64,000 nt of DNA, taken from NCBI GenBank assembly GCA_964035545.1, contig OZ037767.1, forward strand, positions 10,302,581 to 10,366,580, written 5' to 3'. The stretch comes from Bugula neritina. Taxonomy: Eukaryota; Animalia; Bryozoa. Made by a program: the position numbers and the translations under genes. Within the stretch, counting starts at the first letter, position 1. Every line of letters begins with the position of its first letter. Shown here in pieces: positions 28,001 to 40,000 of the stretch. The notes beneath the pieces were generated by a model. The model ran no database searches. It saw only the letters and a list, made by a program, of their open reading frames with translations, and had not been told where the DNA came from.

Positions 28001-31000
28001 CTAACACATATAATACTAGCACATATGTAATACTAGCACATGTAATACTAGCACATGTAATACTAACACATGTAATACTAGCACATGTAATACTAACACA
28101 TGTAATACTAGCACATGTAATACTAGCACATATAATACTAACACATATAATACTAGCACATATAATACTAGCACATGTAATATTAACACATGTAATAATA
28201 CTAACACATGTTATACTAGCACATGTAATACTAGAATATGTAACACTACTTAAGCTATAAAAACTCCAACTAAACAGCAAAACACACAGCAAGTAAAAGT
28301 GAGTAAGAAAGAGTTAGATTGAATGATAGAGGGTAGGATATGTAGTACAGCAGCCTGCATTAAGTTATAATACATACTTTCTGTTCCTTAGAGTCATCCT
28401 GGCCACCTACACCCAAACACACATTCAATAATAAGTTTCTGCAGTACAAGAGAAATCACAGTAAATCTAATCTTGTTGTTAAAAGCATAATCATAAATTT
28501 TCATATTTTAATAGTGAGTGGTGCAAACTTTACCCAAACCAATATCAAAACTTGGTCAATACAGCTGTAACCACTTTATTCAAACTCTCTGTAACTAACC
28601 AGCTTAGCAACTGGCCGATTGCTCACCAAGTAATAAACAGGAAAAATGGTATAAGAAAGGAAAATTACTGAAGTAAATCTCTACCTTTCACAGGACTGTC
28701 AGTTACCCAAACTAGCTCTTGATTGGATAATTTTAGATGTGGAAACTTTGACTTATGGAATACCTTCTTAGATTTCGCAGCTGAAAGAAGATACAAATGT
28801 CATGAAACAACAGCAACGAATGACTAGTGCAGAGGTAGCAAATGTAAAACAAAAGAAATCAAGTATATCTCGGATAAATGGTGTATTTTAATTTTACATT
28901 CAATTGAATTTTTAAAAATGACACAGCTACGGAATATTAAAAGAGCGTTTTTAACATAAAGCTCAAAACTGTTATAAAAATATAGAATTTGGTCTTCATC
29001 AATATTACTTATGCACTGAAGTGATTCTACATTGCCAACAAAGACACCAAAGCCTGACAGCTCAACATTGAATATCTCATAACGTAAACTCATATCAACA
29101 CAAACTACAACTAAAAGGTAAATATATTAATCTATTACTACTAGAACTTGCAAGGTCTATAAATATGAAAAATATTAAAAAATGAAAAGTTTGAGCAAAT
29201 AAAATAGTCTAAGAGACAGCCTAGCCCAGAACCTGTACCTAGGCTGACAGGGTGAGCTCCAATCATAGACTCAGTCTCAGAGTGAGGAGGACTCGTAGAG
29301 TTGGAAACATTGAGGGTGGAGGTTGGGGTGTCCACACTACCACCATTAACTTCTTGTGGAGGATCTGATGCTAACATCATCAGTGGTTGACAAGGAACAG
29401 CGGCTAAAGGCTCTAAGAAAGTACAACACAACGCGTCTTAACGCAATAGACGACAGATATTCACAGGCGTCTGTAACAACTTCTCATCTAATCATTATAA
29501 GAAAATACGAAACCATCTTTCAGACCATAATGGTTCACAAATCTATGTTACAAAAATTCGTATTAAAAATTATTTCAAAATGACTGTTTTTCATCTAGCA
29601 AAGTTGCTCTTAAGCTTCTCCCCAATGAGCCTATCATATGATGATTCAAATTTAAAGAGAACAGCTGTGGTCTGGTGGTTAGAGCGCTGACTTAGTAAAC
29701 ACAGGTCAGGGGTTCAATCCCTAGTAAATATGGTGATTTAGGAAGAGCATTTAGTCATAATTGGTCCTGTAGCACAAGAAAAAACAAGTCCTTCACCCAG
29801 CTTAAAAACTCTTTCTATTAGGGGTTCTCACAGGGATGGTGCCTATAAACCTACTTGAGTTTTTTTACTGATTCAAATTCCAACATTTTTCTCTGATCAA
29901 TAATTTAAAAATAAAAATTTGCTGTGAATATATTTCAATAGTAGTAAATCAGTATTACTAAATTATCAAATCACCTGCACCAACTTTCTTAGCCATGACT
30001 GCTGGATGTAAATTAACAACGGGTGGGTCATACAACCTCCTCAATCTATTCTCTAGTTCCAAATAAATTGTTTGCCAGTCTAAATGCTTCTCATCAAGTT
30101 CTTTGGCTATGCTTGTACATAAGTTGTGCAAGTTGTATTTGTTGCCCAATTTCTGACACTTATCTTTCCAGATAATGGGTTGAGAGCAGAGAAACCTCCA
30201 TCTTCTACAGACCTGCATGAGTTTAAAGACTATAACACTATGCTGGATGGTACATAGACACAACTTTACTAGCGAGGGCACTAACATAGCACTAACAGTC
30301 CACAAAAATAAGTCTGTGATGAATAATAAAAATAGCAGTTACACTGGAACTAGTTACAGTGTTATAGTTAGTTATATACTAGTTACAGTGTATAATTAGT
30401 CATATAATAGTTACAGTGTTATAGTTTGTCATATACTAGTTACAGTGTATAATTAGTCATTTAATAGTTACAATGTTATAGTTAGTCATATACTAGTTGA
30501 AGTGTTATAGTTAGTTATATACTAGTTACAATGTTGTAGTTAGCCATACACTAGTTACAATTATATACTTACTTCCTGACAGTTGCGGAGACTGCCAACA
30601 TCCAGGTAACCGAACAATTTCAAGAGAACAAAGTCTGGTAACTCGTAAATGCTTTGAATATGTGTGACCTTGACCCCAATGTCTGTTTTTATCATCGGCA
30701 GAATTGACTCACTCGAAGTAGCATAGCTGGCTTCTATCAACTGTATTAATAAGTTGACCAGCTCAGCGGAACTCCATGACTTTGTCACCTTGAAAGGATA
30801 TAACTGATTAGGCAACGACCTTGTTGTTTTGACAGAGCTTTAATTTAGCAAAAGGAATGTTTCTACATTAACAGGAAGAAGTTACAGAAAAATTTATTTT
30901 AAAATCGATTTAGTTTTTATAGAGCTTAGTAATAAGGGAAGATAACTCTAACTTAGGATGTTAATCAGAGTCTTTGTATGAGAATCATCTACATTAGCAC

Positions 31001-34000
31001 AATAACTAGCAACTTTGTAAGTAAATAATATATTATAACGATCAACTGAAGTAGTAACTGCAACAGCAGTTAAAGCAGCAACTGCAGCAGCAGCTAAAAC
31101 AGTACATTACCTGGTTTAGGTAGTCAAGCTGCTGTAGAAAGTTACTATCGGCTGCATCATTTTTTACACTTAAACCTTTACTCCCAAGTTTTCCTACAAT
31201 TTAAAGAATTGCCAGATTCTAAACATTGCTCTGTAGACTAATTTACTAATATTGAGCCTTATATCCTCAGTGCAAAGATTTATTTGCTACTAAAATAAAA
31301 GGGGCTGAGACAAAGTTAAGGCTTTTGTATATCAGTCACTTAGCTAACATTCTTAGTCAGTGTATTTGCGGAGTTTATTTTCCACATGCTCAATCTTACT
31401 AACACCAGAAAAGAGAATAATTACTTAGTAAAAGTTGCCCTACACAATAACCAAACACAAGTGACTGGATCATTACACAACGCTTGCCCCTCTCCCTCCC
31501 GATAAAATGACTTTGGCAGAAAAAATCAAGGGTTATATAATATTCAATTTCTTTCAGTCACTATATTAATTGACATCTTCAATTTTAGCTGCCAGTATGA
31601 CATTTACCAGCAAGTTTTAAATAGTGCATCACAGACGGTGTGGCTTTGAACCAAGAAGAAGTTATACAAAAAACTTGATTAGCAGAGTTTTTGACTCAAC
31701 TACAAATTATAAATGGTTTGAACATATATTTTCACTTTCATGTCTAGTTTATAATTCTCGAACTCTAACTTAACGCTTTGGAGCTTGAAAGAAGAAAAAT
31801 ATGAATTAAGCAATAAAGAATAGAAGCAAATTGTGTCAGGAATTCTAAAAAGCAAATTGCAACACCTGGTTTTTAGAAACGCTACCCAATGCACATTATA
31901 TTTATAGTATCCAGCGGTATTAGACTAAGTTCCTGATATTGTCTTTTCTAGTAATTTCTGACTATCAAGAAAAATTACCTGATAATAGTTCTCTTTTACT
32001 TTTAGCTTCAGATCTGACGATATCGGTGTTTGGTACATGTGGGATATCTAATACGACTTTCTTCATTGTCTTAGCTTTAGTTTTGAGAGAAACCGAACTG
32101 AATATAAAAGTGAGAACTTACAGCATTGCACAATATACAAACACAATTAGCATACAAATAAATGCAACAATAACAGGGATGGCAAGGTTTCAGATGTGTT
32201 AGTGCAGGGGGGGGGGGACAATTGAAGCCCCTTCACCAGCAGTTACTAAGGTACTTCCACGATTGCTCGCTAATTAAAATATTGCGAACACAACAACATT
32301 CAGAGATGTGTTGCAATGCCAACCCACGCAGACAGCACAACCATAGCTGCCCAAAACAAGGAAAAAGCATTGCAGTGAGCTCTCTAGATGTAGTGAGCTC
32401 TACAAGATTATAATTTCATAATACACGGAAAAAGACAATTACTTTCATTGGACTGTTGACGGCAAATACAACAACTAACAAACAGTTGCAAAGACACAAC
32501 TTATCACAACAGCACATGCTGCTTCATTAAATAAAGCATATCTGGGAATTTGCTTTGCAACTCAAAATCTGCATGCAAGAAGTATCACACTTGATCACAG
32601 AAAGTAAAGTTAGTAAGTAAAGTTATTAGTTACTTCAACCATAAAAAGCAACAGTAATTTCATGCCACAACAAACAAGTATTAAGCTCCATCAAGAAATA
32701 AGCTAAGCCTTCGATTCATAATATTATGCCGACACCTGAAACAGGTACCTGTTGAATACTACCATGACTTGAAACTATTAAAACTATCAAATCATTGATT
32801 ACCTCTGAGAGTATTAGCTTGTCTATGATTTAGCGACAACTTATTATCGCAGTTTATTTCAAGTCACAAAGGCTGACATTTAGGAGCAGTAGTGAAGAAA
32901 TTGCGATAGCCCAAGTTCTTTAATTTTTTTCTTAAATTTTGGTTTGGGTTGCGGGTTGAAATTCTCGCAAGAACACAACTTTTTTTGCGACATTTCTAAT
33001 CGAAAACAGAGGCTTTTCTAATTTTCTCGATTACTACACCTACCTCGAAAAAATTGCTGACTCTACGTCTTAAATGGTTTGGCTTGAGTCAAACATTGAC
33101 TAGATGTTTTTGCCTAAGTAACAGACTTGACTAGACCATTTTAAATGACGGACTGCCAGTTTTTGCAATTTGTACGAAGCAGAATTATAAACAGTTTAAA
33201 GTTTATAGCCAGATTTGAACTTTAATAATTTCACACAGAATCAAATGTTTTAATGCACATTATTTAAAGATAATTAAACAATTTTTTTTAGATAAGAAAA
33301 CAGTTAACTCTATAAAGTTAAAGCAACATTTCTATGTTAATATTTATATGATTTGTTTCTAAGACCTAAAAGCCAAATAAAAATAACTTTGTTAACTTGA
33401 ATATTTACTTGACTTGACTCAACCAGCCAATAGAGTGACTTGGCGTGATTTTGACACAGCTCTACCCATGTTAGTCATCATCCATTCAACATATTATGTT
33501 GAAATAAAAATTGTGATTCTTCTACATTTGCTTACAGAATTTCAATAACCTTATTCATTACCACTAAACTAAACAAAAACATTTTTAATACCACAAATGT
33601 TAGCCATTAAAAAATTGGAATTCCTAAGTCAAAATTTTGAACCCAAAATTGTGCAGTAAAATTACCTTTTCAATTCTTGCACTCCCAGCTAAGTATATAT
33701 ATTATAGGATATAACTGTTGGTATTTAACTCAAATTTCACTAAATAAATAATAGAAGTTTTATTAGTTTTCTAATAAAATTGGTTTGGTATATACTTTCA
33801 TATTTTAAAATACAAAGCATCCCAACTAATCAACATTCTCCCATTTTTGTCTCAATAACTTTTTTCAAATTTTATGCTCCTTAAAAACTCCAATGAAAAA
33901 ACACTTTTTTAACTAATTGTCAGTGGATTGTAATTAATAGTTCCAAGCCTAGTGGCAGATGATTGATATATGCAAATAACAAAACAGATATTCACAGCAA

Positions 34001-37000
34001 ATGATTGATTCAGGTTGAGAAGTGGTAAGCCGACATCTGATAGCAGGTGATTGATTATCATAAGCTGACATCTGATAGCAGGTGATTGATTATCATAAGT
34101 CGGCATCTGATAGCAGGTGATTGATTATTATAAGCTGACATCTGATAGCAGGTGATTGATTATCATAAGCAACAAAAATCCATAGCAGGTGATTGATTAT
34201 CATAAGCCGACATCTGATAGCAGGTTACTGGTTATCATAAGTCGGCATCTGATAGCAGGTGATTGATTATTATAAGCAACAAATTGACAGCAAGTGATTG
34301 ATGATTATAAGCTGACATTTGATAGCAGGTGATTGATTATTATAAGCTGACATCTGATAGCAGGTGACAGTTTTACAAACTCAGCATACAATTTACAAAC
34401 CTAGAGCAGAGAGTACATGTCATCCATAACTACAACATAGCAAGAGTAACATTATAAAAACAGCTTTAAACCCGAAACCACCAAAACAACTTAATTTGGG
34501 GCAAAGAATAAACTGCATACCTCTTTTTGAAGTTAGCCTTATTCTGAGGGTTAGCTAGTTTTTTCTTAGGGAAGTAGGTGTGGGGGTAGCTGACTTTTGG
34601 CATTAATGAGTCATTAGTAAGAGCATATGATGGTACAGCATCTCTTTCAACTACACAAATAAAAACTAGCATTTAAATAAATAAATATTTTCATAACAAT
34701 ATTTCGTTTGCTAGAGTATATAAAGTTCACCATGTTCATAATCTCAGCGAATAAACTTTCCTGGGCTTAAAAATAAACTTGTATGATAAATAAGCTACAT
34801 ATCGGTTGATAATGATATGATCAAAGGTTTTCCTAGAAAAGAAAGGACAATTCTGTTTTTAAAAAAACTAATTCCTACAAAAAAATTAATAGCTTCAACC
34901 TGTCTAAGTTGTTGGGAATCTATGTAAATCAACTAATGAAGTATTTCCAATGTTCTGCAGGTAAACAGCCAAGTTTGTGGGAAAAATATTCACTAAAATT
35001 ATCAAATTCAGACATTATTGAGTTTTATTATTGTATATAATTGAATGTACGAGTTCTTTTCGTTAGACCTAACATATCAATTATGTTGAGGATGGAGAGG
35101 GGTCACCCACTCACACCCTACCCAACATACACTACCCTGAAAGAGCCCTGGTTCAGAGATCAATTTAACAACATTACATCACCGCAAAACAATAATTTTG
35201 ACAAGTGGCTTTTACAATGCAAGGCAAAGCGAACTTTTGACTGAAAACTGTGAAGATATAAAAGCACCCTTACTAATTCTTTTAGATTAAAATATCTGAA
35301 ATCATATTAAATACACAACCACTATGATATAAAAAGAATTATGGGGAGATAACCTTCTTCTTCCTCCTTAACGGCCCCAGTTGGCGGTTTTATTCTAAAC
35401 ACTTTCAGAGTAGCCTGCAAAGCTTCACTTGACAGCCTGTCCTTGAGGTTAAGCAAACGTCCCGTCGATAGATTAGAACGAGGGGAAGAGGAAACTAAGG
35501 CTAACCCAATCGAAGAGGCCAGAATGCATTCAGCAATCTCATCTGCCAAATCATCTTCCTGCAACACCAAGAGAAGAAAACTCTTGGAACTAAACATATA
35601 GTGTATCAGAGCCAATGCTCAGTGCACAGTTCAACCTGGTTTCATAACACTTGTGGAAGGGGGACTCTGTAAAATTGTCAGATTAAATTTCAAATAACAA
35701 AATTTTGATCTAAACATCAGCTATGCCAAGCCTAAATCCGTTGACATAGTAAACTATGGAACTGTATTTTCTCACATGTGGCTGATGATTGAGACTATGT
35801 TATATACCATAGTAATAATTAAAGTTTTGTATAACACGAAAATAAACACTGAAAACGTACAGGAAATAAACTAAAGAAAGGGGTGGTAAAGGCGGTTGAT
35901 TTACATTAAACAATATATATGTTATATGCTATTATTACTATATCCTTGAAATGACTAACAGATCTTCCTATGTACTCACAAAATCTTAGCAAAATTCAAG
36001 AAACCTTCAATAAAAGACAAACAGTTGAATTGTACTACAGAAAACAAATCATGTTGTAACAAGCAAACAGTACAACCAAGTTTATATGTGGTGTATTAAC
36101 ACAAGAATATAGTTATTCAAACACTGAGCTATTGCTAGGTCAGCATTCCCAGCTTAGCAGCCCTGATACAAATATTGCTGACAGTCTGATTCATTCAATA
36201 AGATGACTCACGTCATCAATCAAGTCTCTGGATTTACTAAGAGACTTGTACAAGCTGTTGGAAAACTCCATAACCATGGAGTTGTCTTCTACAAGCTGTT
36301 CATTGGAATACTCTGGCTCAATGACTTGCAACTCTTCACTTCTAACAGTAGGCGTAGCTTCACGAGGACCAAAACACGGCAGTTCCATCTCACAGATGTC
36401 TATGGTGGATGCAGTAGCTATCCTCAATCTAATACAAAATGAGTCAGTATTTACAAATGATGTGGGGGCGGAGGGGGGGGGGGGTAGATATGGTTTAGTA
36501 GCTAGAGTTCTGGCCCTGTATGCCACAGGCTATTGTGTCTCGGTCATTGATGATTTTAGTAAGAGTATTCAATCATATTGCTCCCGTGCCACAGTAAAAG
36601 TGCACAGACCAAGTTGTCAGCATGGTAGGAGGCACAGCACTTAGCCTACTTCAAATCCTTTGTTATCAGGGGTTCTCACGAGATGGAGACTAATGCATTG
36701 AAAATAAGCTCATCGAAGGCTACTTGACCTGAAGAAAGTGAGTAATTTATCGATGAGCCCTAGGAGGCCAAGCACAGGGATTCGAAAGCACCCTAAATCA
36801 AAGTGAGTCTATTAATAATGACAATAACCGGAAAGGGAAACTTCAAACAGCCAAGAACTTTTCAGCTTGCTATAGAGAAGATTTGTAGAAGCGAAGGACA
36901 TCTGTAGCAGACAACTCACAAAAAAATAACTAACCGGTCTTTTGTGCTGAGAGTATTAGTAGTTTCTCGAGAGAATCTAGAGCAGCTCTCTTCAACATAA

Positions 37001-40000
37001 GTAACCTTTTTGCTTTCACATAACAGGCCAACGACAGGTAGAGAAGCTATAAAGTAGAGTCACATTACACTTCAAAACACATTGAATAAAGTCAAGGTCA
37101 CGTACGGACACATGTGTTCGTGCTTAGCTTAAACATGGCACTCATTGAAATCTAACTCGTTATGATTACTTTTATTTTAAATTTAGTAGGTATAATCATT
37201 GAAATATATAACTAGTTATGTTGCGATGATCGTACCTACTAGCAAAAACCACTAACTCAGTTAAAGGTTTCAATTGTCAAATTTAATCATCATAGAAATA
37301 CAGAGCACTCATTGAGATTCCCTAAAAACCTTGCAGCTATACTTTGGTTTTAACGTTTTTCCCAATCCGACAATATTTTATAACATAAGTTTTTTTCACT
37401 AGACAACTTAGATAAGTAATATACTTAAAGTTAGTTTATGTTTAAAATAGAGTCATCTACTAACAGAATTTTCAATCAAATACAGTAAATACGAAAGTTA
37501 AAAAGGTTTTTCACTAGTTTATCAGTGTAGAGCACATGAACAGGAAACATTTGTTTACAACCTTCAAACACCATATTGTCAATATTTTCTTTTATGTTGA
37601 AAAGAAATATGCACCTAGCAAGGATTTAGATGTGACGTTTTGTTTTTGAAATTAAGTTAAGATACAGAATACGTACACACAAGTGTTTTCTTTGAAGTTA
37701 TCTTATTTCTACTTTTACGATGCATGCTATGCGAGGAAGATGAAGGTGACATTTTAGTAGCACCAGTTCCTTTAGGAGACACGTCTTGGAATTTCACCAA
37801 GTTAGACTTATGCTGTAGTACGTTTGATGGTAGAATGTTATTAGTATCTACCGAAGCAAGAGTTGAACTCCTAGTGGAGGTCACTGTAGAGGCTGCCGTA
37901 TCTACGCTTGTGCCGACTGTGGCAGCGGCTGTATTTATTGTTGTATTCTCTGTAGTTAGTGTGCTAATATTTGTATCAAAACGTGCACTACTCATAGTTG
38001 TAGCAGAGCCAAAAACTGTAGCATCAGATGTGTGTGCTGTAAAGTCAAGTCTATCAAATACAGCAGATCCTTCATCTGTCATAGAATCTACTAGAAGGTT
38101 TGTTACAGATTCCTTTTTTGAAGCACCTGCTAAAGTGACATCCCTTCTTCCATCAACTGTGGAACTAATTGCCGCATCCGATGGAGCAGTTTCCACAACT
38201 TTAGGTACAACTTTACTCTTTGCTTTGAAAGATTTATTAGAACGTGGTTGAAAAGTGTGGGAGTTCGGATGTTTTTTAACCAAAGAGCTCAGTTGAGGTA
38301 ATGACACGTTCTGCGGCTGCCGCAGACGCGTAGTGAGCACAGGTGTGGAGGCAGAGTGCAGACCAGAATTCCTCAGTGAAGTGGCAGACAACTGGTGATT
38401 CAGCACTCCGTCGGGTTCTGGTCGAAATGATCTCAAGACAGTCGGATGATTCAGATGATAGGAATGAGAGTGATGAGGCTCGTACACTGGCACTGGAACA
38501 GACAAACACTCGTAACACTATTCAGATTAAACGGCGAAAAGTTGACGGTGAAAATTTTTGAAAGTTAAAAACATAGCAATAAAACCCATGCAAGCTCATT
38601 GTCACTATCCCTGAGAAACCCCTGATGAAAAGGTTTTTTAAAGCCGGCTAAGGACTTATTCATATGTGGCACATGAGTAATTATGACTGGATGCTCTTCC
38701 TAACATCACCAATGGTGTTTGAACTCGAACCATTGACCTCATGTTTATTACACTACTGCTACCCTTAGCTCGGAATAACAATGTACTAGTTGAATAAAGA
38801 TGTGGTCTAGAGGTAAGAGCACTGGCTTAGAAAGCGCGAAGTCATGGGTTCGATCTTTAGTAAAGGCCATTGGTGATGCTAGAAAGAGCATCCAGTAATA
38901 ATTGCTCCTGCGCCATATCTGAATAAGTCCTTAGCCCGCTCTAAAAAACCCTTTTCCATGAGCAGTTCTCACAGGGATAGCGACTATAAACTTGTGCGAG
39001 TTGAATAAAGAGGTGGGGAGAGCCTACCTTCACTGGAGGGTAATGGATTGTTTATTGGTAAGTCATGTATGCTAGCTGTTGGAAGACTAACAGACTCAGC
39101 TGGGATTACTGCTGCTTCTTCTATTGGAACTGTAAGAGTTACATATTCATGACTTATGGCAACAGCTAAACATACTCAACAGTTACACATATTCTACAGT
39201 TACACATATTCAACAGTTATACATACTCAACAGTTATACATATTCAACAGTTATACATATTCAACAGTTACACATATTCAACAGTTACACACATTCAACA
39301 GTTACACATATTCTACAGTTATACATATTCAACAGTTATACATATTCAACAATTACATATACTCAAGGGCTTACGACTGGAAGTAAAAGAACAATTGAAC
39401 TTTCATGTAAGAAAAATTAAGTTAATAAGCTAGTCAGAGTACATTATAAAAGCAAGTAACAAACCATAAACAAGATGTGAAAACTGTTGGCTAAAAATTT
39501 CGCAGTTTCATAAAAGTTTAATCAAAAAATCGTGTACAATGGCAAGTTTAATACATGCTGCGACGACTCTTTATTTTTCATTTAAACTACACTGGTAGTA
39601 AAATTAGCAGTCTTGTAGGTTGACAGACACAAAAAATAGCAATATATCCAACATGTATGCTTTTTTTGCCGGTAAAAGTTTAAATGCATTTTATATAGAT
39701 GGAGGAATGTGCATGTTTTTGAGTAAATACACAATTTATAAACTGTTCAGCAAATCAAAATACACCTGTTTGGAAAACATGTGACTATTCAGATATTTTT
39801 GAATGCACAAAATGTTTTCAGTTTAAAATATCACAAGTTTGTTTAAAACGGCAATGATATGAAACGGCAATGGTTTTCACTAGATATTTCAATATAAACA
39901 GATCTTGCATATCTTTATAATACGTATAGTCTTAAAGAGTACTAGAAAGAAGGTTCTAGAAGTTGGGGAGGCACAAACCTGGTTTTTCTACAGACTCTTC

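Noticed and set aside
37724-38561. Plus-strand ORFs of 175 aa and 72 aa
   Set aside because: They are antisense shadows of the large F-box exon 8.
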